From Thermoproteota archaeon (GTDB lineage: Archaea > Korarchaeota > Korarchaeia > Korarchaeales > Korarchaeaceae), in NCBI GenBank assembly GCA_027491435.1, contig JAOZFG010000035.1, positions 94,393 to 158,392 of the forward strand: a DNA stretch of 64,000 bases. The letters run 5' to 3'. How positions within the stretch are numbered: the stretch's first letter is position 1; the number at the start of each line of letters is the position of its first letter. Below, piece after piece: positions 1 to 9,016 of this stretch. The notes under the pieces were generated by a model, which saw only the letters and a list, made by a program, of their open reading frames with translations, ran no database searches and was not told the origin of the DNA. Both the position numbers and the translations under genes were made by a program.

Positions 1-281
1 TCTCCTTCTACGAGATAGATGCGGAGGGCGCTTTAAGGGATGAGGAGGGCAATGAAGTTGGATATGTGGAGGACGGTTACGTCTACGACAATCAAGGGAA
101 TAGGCTAGGCTGGTTGGACGCCTCCATAAGCGATGATTGGCAGATGGAGAGGTTAGAGCAGGAGAGCTCAGACCCCTCAGAAGTCTTCGGCTACTACGAT
201 TGGGGAGCCCAGGTAAATGAGGAGTCTACGGAGACGCCCTACTACGTCACCAAAGAAGATGATGAGGACGAGGAGTACTAA
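1..281 (+). CDS. 5'-truncated acidic hypothetical protein with short (Y/R)D-x-x-GN-x-x-G-(Y/W) beta repeats, ends ...DEDEEY
   Basis: Frame is open from nt 3 (SFYEIDAEGALRDEEGNEVGYVEDGYVYDNQGNRLGWLD...) to TAA at 281, followed by a T-tract. Confidence 0.7.
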   Translation, partial: SFYEIDAEGALRDEEGNEVGYVEDGYVYDNQGNRLGWLDASISDDWQMERLEQESSDPSEVFGYYDWGAQVNEESTETPYYVTKEDDEDEEY

Positions 282-324
282 CGACAACTTCTTTTTTCCT
301 GAAAGGTCCCCTTTACCGATGCGT

Positions 325-906
325 ATGAGGGTGGGCGTCCTAAGGAGGTCAGCTCTAGTGGTGGTGGACGTCCAGAAGGACTTCATGCCAGGCGGGAGCC
401 TGCCCGTACCCGATGGAGATAAAGTGGTGCAGCCATTAAACGAAGTTATCAGGGAGTTTCAGGCGAGGAGGCTCCCTATGTTCTTCACCAGGGACTGGCA
501 CCCGCCCAACCATATGTCCTTTAGGGAGAGGGGAGGTTCTTGGCCGCCTCACTGTGTACAGGGAACGGAGGGGGCCGAGTTTCACCCTGACCTTTTGGTT
601 CCAGAGGAGGCTATCGTGATTAGTAAGGCAACCGAGCCGGACAAGGAGGCCTATTCCGGATTCGAGGGAACGGAGCTAGAGAGGCTGTTAAGGGAGAAGG
701 GGGTTAAGAGGCTCTTCATCGGAGGCGTGGCCACGGACTACTGTGTGAGGGCCACCGTGCTAGACGGGTTAAGGTTGGGATTTGAGGTTATAGTCCTGGA
801 GGACGCCGTGAAGGGAGTAGCCAAGGAAACCGCGGAGAAGGCCCTGAGGGAGATGGTGCTCGGCGGGGCCATACTAGCCAGAACCGATGAGCTCCTATTC
901 GAGTAG
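325..906 (+). CDS. pncA: Nicotinamidase/pyrazinamidase (isochorismatase family)
   Basis: VVVDVQKDF, DWHP, WPPHCVQGT, K..YSGF and ATDYCV motifs; start trimmed from the ORF track. Confidence 0.9.
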   Translation: MRVGVLRRSALVVVDVQKDFMPGGSLPVPDGDKVVQPLNEVIREFQARRLPMFFTRDWHPPNHMSFRERGGSWPPHCVQGTEGAEFHPDLLVPEEAIVISKATEPDKEAYSGFEGTELERLLREKGVKRLFIGGVATDYCVRATVLDGLRLGFEVIVLEDAVKGVAKETAEKALREMVLGGAILARTDELLFE

Positions 907-914
907 GTGTCCCT

Positions 915-1502
915 ATGAGGAGGGCCCCTCTCGCCTATCGCTTGGTTTACGCTGTCGAGTACAGGGAAGTTTACAGGCCACTCCTGAAGTTCATAGAGAG
1001 GGATGGCGGAAGCGTAGTCGTTGACGTCGGAGGAGGTTACGGGATAGCCAGCGAAATGATAGCTGAACACGTAGATAAGCTGATAATGGTAGAGATAGAG
1101 CCTGAGATGGCCGTAAAGGCTAGAGATAGGTTGTCCAAGTTCGGACACGTCAGCGTGGTCGTGGCCGACGCCTGCCACCTGCCCCTCAGGGATAAGGTGG
1201 TTGACACGGTCTTCTTCTTCGACTCGTTACATCACATAAGGGAGTCCGAGTGCGCCTTAAGAGAGGCGGCCAGGGTTCTCAAGCCCCTGGGTAAGCTGGC
1301 CATATTTGACTTTGATGGGAGCAGGCTCATGACCAAGCTGTTGAGCCTTGTGGAGAAGGCCTTCGGGCTCTGGTCTAGCTTCTATCCCAAGGGAAAGCTC
1401 ATTTCCATGCTTGAAGGGATGAACTTCTCCATAGACTACGTAGAGGAGGGTAAGCTCGGGGAGCTTAACCTAGTGGCCACTAAACTTCCTCAGCGTCGTT
1501 GA
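915..1502 (+). CDS. Class I SAM-dependent methyltransferase
   Basis: VDVGGGYG motif I, ADACHLP, SLHH, RVLKPLG. Confidence 0.85.
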   Translation: MRRAPLAYRLVYAVEYREVYRPLLKFIERDGGSVVVDVGGGYGIASEMIAEHVDKLIMVEIEPEMAVKARDRLSKFGHVSVVVADACHLPLRDKVVDTVFFFDSLHHIRESECALREAARVLKPLGKLAIFDFDGSRLMTKLLSLVEKAFGLWSSFYPKGKLISMLEGMNFSIDYVEEGKLGELNLVATKLPQRR

Positions 1503-1740
1503 GGGTCATCGGTTTTGACCTCTCCTCCTCTGACCTCTTTTTCAGCAGGTAAACCAGGCCTAACACGAACTTAGCTATTACCGCCGTTATTCCCAGTAAA
1601 TAGAGTGCCAGGGCTATTATCCCTATGATTAACAGCAACAGGACGGCTAAGAGCGCCCATACCCTCCATATAATGGGGAAGAGTATTATCAGGAGAGCTA
1701 CTGTTATAGCTGCCAGAATTAAGGCTACTGCAGTCCTCAT
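1480..1740 (-). CDS. Small membrane protein
   Basis: Long hydrophobic stretch and a charged tail; abuts the upstream gene in the operon. Confidence 0.65.
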   Translation of the reverse strand: MRTAVALILAAITVALLIILFPIIWRVWALLAVLLLLIIGIIALALYLLGITAVIAKFVLGLVYLLKKRSEEERSKPMTLNDAEEV

Positions 1741-1741
1741 G

Positions 1742-2422
1742 TTAACTCCTCTTGGGGAGGAAGGGCACTATAGCCGCAGCTAGCGCTGGGAGGCTCATGC
1801 TCTGCAGTATAACCCTACCGGGCCCCGTCAACTTGGCCAGGAAGAGCCCTTCTCCTCCAAATAACATTGTTTTTAGGCCGCCTGCCCTCTCGACCTCGTA
1901 CTCCACTGTAGACTCGAAGGCCACGATGTGCCCGGTGTCTACCCTGAGCACCTGCCCGGGCTTCAGGTTGTACTTAATGAAGTCCCCCGCTCCAGTTATC
2001 CACATGGTTCCCACTCCCGTAGCTTTCTGAAGGATGAACCCCTCTCCCCCGAAGAAGCCCGCGCTTAGCCTCCTGGTCAGCGTGGTTGACACGTCTACCC
2101 CCTCTTCAGCCGCCAAGAATGCGCCCCTCTCCAGAATATAGTCAGTGGAACCGTCAAGCTCCAGGGCCATTATCTTCCCAGGATAGCTTCCCGAGAAGGC
2201 CACTATTCCAGGCCCGCCCACGGCCTCATACTCCACTAGGAAGAAAGTCTCCCCGGAGATGACCCTGCTCAGGCCCTTCAATATACCCCCTCTGGCCTTA
2301 GCTTCCATCCTGACGTTGCCAGACATGTGATTTAGCGCTCCGGCCTGAGAGTATATTCTCTCCCCAGGGTTTATCTCAATGATAACCATCTGGAGGTTGT
2401 CCCCTACTATCTTATACCTCAT
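1742..2422 (-). CDS. TIGR00266/AIM24 family protein
   Basis: GETFF, FFGGEGFILQ, VDTGHIVAF, LFGGEGLF and GPGRVILQS motifs. Confidence 0.9.
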   Translation of the reverse strand: MRYKIVGDNLQMVIIEINPGERIYSQAGALNHMSGNVRMEAKARGGILKGLSRVISGETFFLVEYEAVGGPGIVAFSGSYPGKIMALELDGSTDYILERGAFLAAEEGVDVSTTLTRRLSAGFFGGEGFILQKATGVGTMWITGAGDFIKYNLKPGQVLRVDTGHIVAFESTVEYEVERAGGLKTMLFGGEGLFLAKLTGPGRVILQSMSLPALAAAIVPFLPKRS

Positions 2423-2450
2423 AAGCACTCCCTCTAAAAAAGAAGGGTCA

Positions 2451-3488
2451 CTATATGTAACCCTTAGCCCTCATCAACTCGGCCAGCAGGATAGCTTGAC
2501 CCGCCGCTCCCCTGACCGTGTTATGGCCTAGAGTTAGTAGGAGCAGGGAGTCCTTAGAGCTGCCCTTGCGAACCCTCCCCACGGTCACTGACATGCCCTC
2601 GCCAGCCCACCTGTCGTACCTGGGCTGGGGCCTGTTGGGCTCCTCCCTGACTACTATCGGCCTCTCAGGAGCCGTGGGCAGGCCCATCCTCTGGGGCTCA
2701 CTTACGTAGTTCGATAAAGCTCTCTTAGCCTCATCTACGTCAACCTCCTCGTCGAACTCTAGGTGAAGGGCCACAAGATGTCCATCTAGCACGGGAACCC
2801 TGACACAAGTTGCTTGTACCTGAAAGTTAGCCATTTCCACAGTCTCTCCATTAAATTTGCCCAAGAGCTTCCTGCTCTCCCTTACCAGCTTCTCCTCCTC
2901 TGAGGGTATGTAGGGGATGAGGTTGTCCACTATGTCGTAGGACGGCACCCCCGGATAACCGGCTCCAGAGAGGGCCTGGTAGCTACAGACATTAACTTTC
3001 CTGACGCGATACTTGTCGTGGAGGGGCTTCATTGGAAGCACAGCCATTGTAGTCGTGCAGTTTGGATCCGTGGCCGCGGGCCCCAGCCCCTCGGCCCTCT
3101 GAACCTCAATCAAGGCCAGGTGGTCTGGGTTCACATCTGGTATGATTAGGGGGACCAGGGGTTCCATCCTGAGGGCGCTGGCGTTGCTTACCAAAGGTAT
3201 GTTAGCTTTCATTATCTCTGGCTCTATCACCTTGGCCTCCGAGGAGGGGAGGGCCGAGAATATGAGGTCTACGCCCTTAAGCGAGGACAGGTCCGTGGGC
3301 TGGACCTCTATCTCAGCCACGTCCTCCGGCAAGGGAGATTCAATCCTCCAGTTGACCGCCTCCCCGTACTTCTTACCGACGCTTGCCTTGCCCGTCAACA
3401 CTGAGATCTCAAACCAGGGGTGCTTGTGGAGCATCTGAACGAACCTCTGGCCTACGGCCCCTGTAGCCCCTAACACGGCTACCTTCAT
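2451..3488 (-). CDS. asd: Aspartate-semialdehyde dehydrogenase
   Basis: GATGAVG, PNCTT catalytic Cys, QALSGAG, RVPVLDGH, HNTVRGAAG. Confidence 0.95.
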   Translation of the reverse strand: MKVAVLGATGAVGQRFVQMLHKHPWFEISVLTGKASVGKKYGEAVNWRIESPLPEDVAEIEVQPTDLSSLKGVDLIFSALPSSEAKVIEPEIMKANIPLVSNASALRMEPLVPLIIPDVNPDHLALIEVQRAEGLGPAATDPNCTTTMAVLPMKPLHDKYRVRKVNVCSYQALSGAGYPGVPSYDIVDNLIPYIPSEEEKLVRESRKLLGKFNGETVEMANFQVQATCVRVPVLDGHLVALHLEFDEEVDVDEAKRALSNYVSEPQRMGLPTAPERPIVVREEPNRPQPRYDRWAGEGMSVTVGRVRKGSSKDSLLLLTLGHNTVRGAAGQAILLAELMRAKGYI

Positions 3489-3497
3489 GGGATCACC

Positions 3498-4661
3498 TCA
3501 GGCCAGCACCGACCTCAAGTGGGTGGCCACCTCTTCCCTCTTTTCCCAGTCCACGAATATGGCAACCCTGTTGTGAACGGTCTGCACCCCGAATATATTT
3601 ATCCCCCTTTCCGCCAAGGGCTCGGTGATCTTACTGACTATCCCGGGGATTTCCTCTATGGCCGCGCCCCAAACCTTTATCATGGCTAGTCCTTCCTTTA
3701 AGGTCACGGCCTTCACCTTGCCCTGATCTACGAGCTTGTGAGCTTCTTCCAGTACTTTTTCCACGTTAGAGTCTACGTAAACTATGGCCGCGTTATCCAA
3801 GTAGCTTATGGATATTGAGTCCTTGAAGTTGTGAGGTATCTTTTCCTTAAGCACTAGGGTTATCATGCTGACCTTCTTAGGGTGAACGTCCACCTCCAGC
3901 GGTGGTATGTACCCGCTCACCACGGTTCCGCCTGACGTCAGCCCCTCCTCTTCTGCCGGGACAACCCTGAGCCTTATCTTAGGAGTTAGGTACCTTAGGG
4001 CCTTATGATGCAGCACTTTAGCCCCTCCTAGAGAGACTAGGAGGGCCTCTGAGGCGTCGAGTTCATCTAGTTTTTTAGCGTCCCTCATGACCTTGGGATC
4101 TGCTGTGAGGACACCGGGGGAGTCCTTGACCAGTATCACCTCATCTGCTTTGAGGCACCTGGCCAGCACAACTGCCGTCGTGTCGGAGCCTCCCCTGCCA
4201 AGGGTAGTGAGTCTCCCATCCCTTGACTTGCCTAAATAACCACAGACTACCGGCACTGAATCCTTTAAGAGAGGCTCCAGGTTTGATATGGTCGCCCCAC
4301 AAGTCCTATGTAGGTCGACGTTCGCGTCGCCGAACCTCTCATCTGTATACACGGGCCAGAAAGGAGAGCTGGGGTCTATGGCCACTGCCTTGACTCCAAG
4401 CCTGTTGAGGGACGCTGCCATCAGCCTGGCAGAGAGTACCTCACCTAAGCCGGCTATGGAGTCCAACATTTCCTCGTCAGCTCCCACTTCCTTACCTAAC
4501 TGTATCAGCCTGTCGGTCTCCCCCTTCATTGCCGATACCACTAACACGATCTTGTGCCCCATTTCCAGCTCTTTCTTCACCTTTTTAGCCATTAGATAGA
4601 AGTCTCTGGGCTTTTTGAGTACGCTCCCCCCTAGCTTAACCACTACCTTCTTTCCCACCAT
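3498..4661 (-). CDS. lysC: Aspartate kinase
   Basis: VKLGGS, VVSAM, TTLGRGGSDTTA, TADP; C-terminal ACT domain. Confidence 0.92.
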   Translation of the reverse strand: MVGKKVVVKLGGSVLKKPRDFYLMAKKVKKELEMGHKIVLVVSAMKGETDRLIQLGKEVGADEEMLDSIAGLGEVLSARLMAASLNRLGVKAVAIDPSSPFWPVYTDERFGDANVDLHRTCGATISNLEPLLKDSVPVVCGYLGKSRDGRLTTLGRGGSDTTAVVLARCLKADEVILVKDSPGVLTADPKVMRDAKKLDELDASEALLVSLGGAKVLHHKALRYLTPKIRLRVVPAEEEGLTSGGTVVSGYIPPLEVDVHPKKVSMITLVLKEKIPHNFKDSISISYLDNAAIVYVDSNVEKVLEEAHKLVDQGKVKAVTLKEGLAMIKVWGAAIEEIPGIVSKITEPLAERGINIFGVQTVHNRVAIFVDWEKREEVATHLRSVLA

Positions 4662-4909
4662 TTCACCCCCGACAGGGCCTCAGCGATTATCTCCCCCGCT
4701 TTGGTGAGCCTTACTGGTTCTCCATTACCGAACTCCACCAACTTCAGCTTTCTCAGGTCCCTGAGGGCGAACCAGTAGGACGATAGCGGTATGTTTAACT
4801 TGTTTTCGGCGATCTTAGCCAGGGTGGAGGCGGATACCCTACCGTTGTTTTCCCTTACCAAGCTTATCACTGCCTTCTGCCTCTGGGTTAGTTTGAAAAG
4901 CCCAAACAT
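4643..4909 (-). CDS. Small winged-helix DNA-binding protein heading the lysC-asd operon
   Basis: LTQRQKAVI...ASTLAK...LRDLRKLKLVE...LTKAG wHTH pattern; overlaps the lysC start. Confidence 0.7.
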   Translation of the reverse strand: MFGLFKLTQRQKAVISLVRENNGRVSASTLAKIAENKLNIPLSSYWFALRDLRKLKLVEFGNGEPVRLTKAGEIIAEALSGVKWWERR

Positions 4910-4911
4910 AA

Positions 4912-4926
4912 TGAGGGATTCCCTCA
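4912..4926. promoter_or_regulatory. Perfect 7-1-7 palindrome TGAGGGA-T-TCCCTCA, candidate operator
   Basis: Lies between a TTTAAA element (4929-4934) and the ATG (4909) of the wHTH gene. Confidence 0.5.
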
Positions 4927-4934
4927 GGTTTAAA

Positions 4935-4992
4935 TCAGTCGATATTGGCGGGACATCACCATCTCCCCTCCAAATTGGCGGGACATCATCTC
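4935..4992 (-). ncRNA. Candidate box C/D sRNA with two near-identical guides complementary to 16S rRNA ~918-928
   Basis: Minus strand reads ATGATGT-CCCGCCAATT-TGGA-N9-GTGATGT-CCCGCCAATA-TCGA-CTGA. CCCGCCAATT is within the ARCH915 probe sequence. TATA (TTTATAA) at 5027-5033. Confidence 0.55.
4944..4988. repeat. 15-bp direct repeat ATTGGCGGGACATCA x2 (period 30)
   Basis: Exact copies at 4944-4958 and 4974-4988. Confidence 0.95.
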
Positions 4993-5098
4993 CACCTCGC
5001 CTTTTCGCCGTGATCTCCTATTATCCTTATAAAGTTATCGTGTGATCCAGATCGAACTTTGACTATTAACTTCGTCATAATTTGTTAATAATTTAAAT

Positions 5099-5518
5099 TT
5101 AGTAGTCCTTAAGGTGAACCGCCTCCACGATGACTGAGGCCTTCCTAATCAGCTCCTCATCTGCCGTCAACAGTATGGCCCTCTCCGATTTAGCCAAGGC
5201 CATGTAAACGGCGTCGTAGTATGTGATGTTACTACTCACTGATAGGAAGATCGCTTCTAATAGTTCGCTCTCCTTCAGCTCCCTCCAAACTTTCAGCTTG
5301 AGGAACGTGTCTAAGGCTGAGGCGGCCTCTTCCTCTTCAATGAACCCTAACTTGACAGCCTTCCAGAGGGAGTTACCGACCTCGTAAACTACTAGGGAGG
5401 GAGCCACTACGTCTATTTCCCCTTTAAGGAAGTCCTCAAGCACTTTAGCAGCTTTATCCGAAAGCTCTTCATTTAATAAGAACCTAGCAGCAACTGAAGC
5501 GTCGAGTACGTACTTCAC
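5099..5518 (-). CDS. vapC: VapC PIN-domain toxin
   Basis: VLDASV, YEVGNSL, TYYDAVY and LLTAD acidic PIN motifs. Confidence 0.9.
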   Translation of the reverse strand: MKYVLDASVAARFLLNEELSDKAAKVLEDFLKGEIDVVAPSLVVYEVGNSLWKAVKLGFIEEEEAASALDTFLKLKVWRELKESELLEAIFLSVSSNITYYDAVYMALAKSERAILLTADEELIRKASVIVEAVHLKDY

Positions 5519-5733
5519 CTGCTCCTTCCCTCCCTCACTGTCGAGTCCACGAACCCCCTTGGAACTTTCCTCTTTCCCTCCTTTAGCTCCTTTAACAACT
5601 TTTCAGCCGCTTTCCTCTTCTCTTCTAGCTCTATTCTCCTCCTTATCGCCTCTCTTATGTATTCAGACCAGTTTATCTTAACCTCCCTCATCTTCCTCTT
5701 GAGCTCCTCGTCAATCCTAATTGTTATGCTCAT
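5515..5733 (-). CDS. vapB: VapB-type RHH antitoxin
   Basis: ITIRIDEELKRKM...INWSEYIREAI; overlaps the vapC start by 4 nt. Confidence 0.85.
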   Translation of the reverse strand: MSITIRIDEELKRKMREVKINWSEYIREAIRRRIELEEKRKAAEKLLKELKEGKRKVPRGFVDSTVREGRSR

Positions 5734-5918
5734 ACGTTATTACAACTAGTATTTACATTTAAGTTTGGAAGCGACGTTCGCGCCAAGTTAGGCCCGAATT
5801 TACGATAAACGCACTTTGTAGTCCGTTTATCAAACCTTCAAGTATATAGTTTTTGTCGAAGATGATAAAGTTAATTAGCTAACGGGCACCCATATTTCAA
5901 AATACGGAGGTGGTTTAA

Positions 5919-7649
5919 TTGGTCGGAATACTTGAGACCCCCTCCCTCTGGATAATCGGTGCCCTTGTCGCCTATGGCATAGCTTACTCAGTCTACGCCA
6001 AATGGGTCGACGAGAAGATATGGGAGGTCAGCGAGTCGAGAACTACTCCGGCCCACATGTACATGGATGGAGTTGAGTACTTCCCCGTCAGCAGGTACGT
6101 CCTCTACGGGTTCCAGTTCAAGAGCATTGCAGCTTTAGGACCTATACTGGGGCCTTTCATAGCCGTCGCTTACGGCTGGGTCCCAGCCCTGATATGGATA
6201 ATATTGGGTAACTTCTTCATAGGGTGGGTTCAGGACTACAGCGCTATAATGCTTACAGTTAGGAATGAAGGCAGGTCTCTCGGCCCTCTCGTCTATAGCG
6301 TTGCTGGAGAAAGGGGAAGGAAAATACTTCTGTCCTACCTGCTGTTCTACCTGCTCATAATATCAGCGGTGTTCATATACCTGGTCTCCCTGTTCTGGAA
6401 CATATTCCCGGGATCCTTCATAGCCACCTTGGGCATAATGGTGACCGCCTTCATAACCGGGGAGCTCCTCTACAAATATAAGATGGATATATTCGTCGTG
6501 ACTGGTTTGGCCATAGTGCTCACCTTGATAAGCGTCGGCATTGGTACCGTGGTGGCCTGGCCGCCCAAGGACTTCCTGGGCAAGGACTGGACCGTTACCT
6601 TCTGGTCCCTGGTGCTGGCAGTCATACTCTTCTACGGAGCCATAGCTCCGCTGCCTAAGTTCATAACCCCGATGAACTTCGTCTCAGTGTTCCCTGCGAT
6701 AGGCGGGGTGCTCCTAATAATACTCGGAGCCTTGCTCACCCCGATATTTGGGATAACGGTTAACCAGCCCACCTTCAAGGGGTGGTATGTAGAGAACGTC
6801 GGGCCCATATTCCCGATACTCTTCGTCTCCATAGCATGTGGCGCCATATCCGGATGGCACAGCTTAGTGGGCACTTCCACCACTGGAAAGCAACTCGACG
6901 TTGAGACTGACGCAAGGCCCGTTGGAGCTGGCGCCATGCTCACCGAAGGCCTCCTGGCCACTGCAGCCCTTGCATCCTACATGGTCGTCTCCGCCGACGT
7001 GATAAAGGCTGGTAAGATAGGGGCTTTCGTCACCGGGGCTACACTGCTCACCAAGTCCTACCTGGGAGGAGACGTCGCTGCCGCTTACCTCAAGACGTTC
7101 TTCTCTATATTCCTGGTGATATACGCCATAACCGTGCAGACCCTCGTCACCAGGTACTGGCGTGTCTTCAGTGCTGAACTCTTCACCGGAAACTGGTCCT
7201 GGCTCGGCAACAAGTACGTGGCCACTGCGGTCGGCCTTATAATACCCATAGTGTTCGCCCTCTCCGGAAGCTGGATAAATCTCTGGATATACTTCGGAGG
7301 AAGCAACCAGCTCCTCGCCAGCTTAGCCCTTACGTTAGTTGCGGTGTACGTGGTTAGGATGAAGAAGCCAAGCTGGTACGCTGCAGTGCCAGCAATGTTC
7401 ATGACAATAGTCACTTTATCAGCTTTGCTTTGGGAGATATACACGTTCGGCCTTAGCACCTTCGGTATAAAGAAGCCTTTGGCCAAGCCGCCTCTCTCCA
7501 ATTACCCGGCCGCTGCCTGGGCTCTCAACGCAGTGTTCTTCCTGATAGGCATCGCTTTATTCGTTTTAGGCCTCTACATGAGCTATCTCCTCTGGACAGC
7601 CTTCTTCAAGTCCAGAAAAGGGGAAGTAGAGGTTACGGCTAGAGCCTAA
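5919..7649 (+). CDS. cstA: Carbon starvation CstA family peptide/pyruvate transporter
   Basis: TPAH..DGVEY, FKSIAALGPILGP, IACGAISGWHSL, GAMLTEG, FGGSNQLLA; many TM helices; RBS GGAGGTG. Confidence 0.9.
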   Translation: MVGILETPSLWIIGALVAYGIAYSVYAKWVDEKIWEVSESRTTPAHMYMDGVEYFPVSRYVLYGFQFKSIAALGPILGPFIAVAYGWVPALIWIILGNFFIGWVQDYSAIMLTVRNEGRSLGPLVYSVAGERGRKILLSYLLFYLLIISAVFIYLVSLFWNIFPGSFIATLGIMVTAFITGELLYKYKMDIFVVTGLAIVLTLISVGIGTVVAWPPKDFLGKDWTVTFWSLVLAVILFYGAIAPLPKFITPMNFVSVFPAIGGVLLIILGALLTPIFGITVNQPTFKGWYVENVGPIFPILFVSIACGAISGWHSLVGTSTTGKQLDVETDARPVGAGAMLTEGLLATAALASYMVVSADVIKAGKIGAFVTGATLLTKSYLGGDVAAAYLKTFFSIFLVIYAITVQTLVTRYWRVFSAELFTGNWSWLGNKYVATAVGLIIPIVFALSGSWINLWIYFGGSNQLLASLALTLVAVYVVRMKKPSWYAAVPAMFMTIVTLSALLWEIYTFGLSTFGIKKPLAKPPLSNYPAAAWALNAVFFLIGIALFVLGLYMSYLLWTAFFKSRKGEVEVTARA

Positions 7650-7702
7650 AATACACCACTTCTTTTTTATTCTTGGGATAGTTCGTAAAGGGGGTGTGTA
7701 TA

Positions 7703-8005
7703 TTGCCATTATTCGGTAGAAAGAAGAAGAGAGAGAAAAAAGATAAGGGGGATGCAGGGGTCAAGGACGCCGTAAAGGGCGTCCTCTACGGGTTTGCAGT
7801 ACATGGGGCTGCAACTGCTGCTCTTAAGACTAGAATGCACATGGAGCACCTGTTTATGCTCATGACGCTGGGAGACATGCTGGGATTCCCGATAATTCCC
7901 CCGTACTACTCGTTGAGAATTCTTCCTTACGTGGTTCCTAACATAAAGTCTTGGAAGGAGAGGCTGTTCAGGGAGAGGGACTTTACCGACCTGTTGAGCG
8001 GCTAG
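7703..8005 (+). CDS. Small CstA-associated protein (cory-CC-star-like)
   Basis: EHLFMLMTLGDMLGFPIIPPYYSLRILPY motif; lies between cstA and the ArsA-like ATPases; TTG start after GGGGGTG. Confidence 0.7.
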   Translation: MPLFGRKKKREKKDKGDAGVKDAVKGVLYGFAVHGAATAALKTRMHMEHLFMLMTLGDMLGFPIIPPYYSLRILPYVVPNIKSWKERLFRERDFTDLLSG

Positions 8006-8014
8006 GGTGTCTAA

Positions 8015-9016
8015 ATGGTTGGTTTAGCAGAGTTCTTCGAGAGGAAGCCTAACGTAGAAGTGGTGGTCTTTGCTGGAAAGGGAGGTCTGGGCAAGACCAC
8101 CAGCAGCGCCGCCCTAAGTTACCACATGGCCGTAAATGAGGGTAAGAAAGTGCTATGCTTCAGCACAGACCCACAAGCCTCGTTGAGCGACATATTTGAG
8201 AGAGATCTCTTCGGTAAAGGCGTCGTCGAGGTGGCTCCTAACCTCCACGTCGTAGAGATTGACGCCGATAAGAGAATAGCTGAATATCAGCAGGAAATAA
8301 AGCAGAAGATATTAGACATGTACGGCATGGACGAGTTACCCAAGGAGATAGAGGAGTATATAGATAGCACTTCGGCTGAGCCTGCTATGTATGAGTCAGC
8401 GACCTACGATGCCATGGCTGACCTGGTGGCCTCTAAGGAGTACGACCTCTATGTGTTCGACATGCCCCCATTCGGCCATGGAGTTAGGATGGTCGCTATG
8501 GCTGAAATCCTGAGCGCTTGGGTGGATAAGATTGCCGAAGCCAGAAAGGAGGCCGCTGAGTACGAGGAGGTAGCTGCTATATTGAAGGGCGGCGGTCCTT
8601 CAGAGGACTTGGTGCTCAAGGAGTTAGAAGATATAAGGGACAAGATGAACACATTCACTAAGTTGATGACCGATCCGGATAAGACAGCCTTCTTCATGGT
8701 CTTAGTGCCTGAGAAGATGGCTATCCTGGACACTGAAAGGGCTCTGGCCATGTTTAAAGAGTTAGGAATTGAGATGTCTGGAGTGGTCGTCAACCAGATA
8801 TATCCTAGAGAGCTTTTGAGCAGGCCAGACCTGCCGGAGCTACTGAGGAAGAAGATAGAGTCTCAAGAGAAGCACCTAATGGAGATAAGGGAGAAGTTCG
8901 GCAACTTAGTGGCTGCCCTTATACCCATGTTCGATAGGGAGCCCAAGGGCCTTGAAATGATAGCCAAGGTGGCTGAGGAGCTCATGCACTCTAGGAGGGA
9001 GCTCTTATGGTGGTGA
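8015..9016 (+). CDS. ArsA/TRC40/Get3 family ATPase, subunit 1
   Basis: GKGGLGKTT deviant P-loop, STDP, DMPPFGH, VVNQ. Confidence 0.9.
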   Translation: MVGLAEFFERKPNVEVVVFAGKGGLGKTTSSAALSYHMAVNEGKKVLCFSTDPQASLSDIFERDLFGKGVVEVAPNLHVVEIDADKRIAEYQQEIKQKILDMYGMDELPKEIEEYIDSTSAEPAMYESATYDAMADLVASKEYDLYVFDMPPFGHGVRMVAMAEILSAWVDKIAEARKEAAEYEEVAAILKGGGPSEDLVLKELEDIRDKMNTFTKLMTDPDKTAFFMVLVPEKMAILDTERALAMFKELGIEMSGVVVNQIYPRELLSRPDLPELLRKKIESQEKHLMEIREKFGNLVAALIPMFDREPKGLEMIAKVAEELMHSRRELLWW

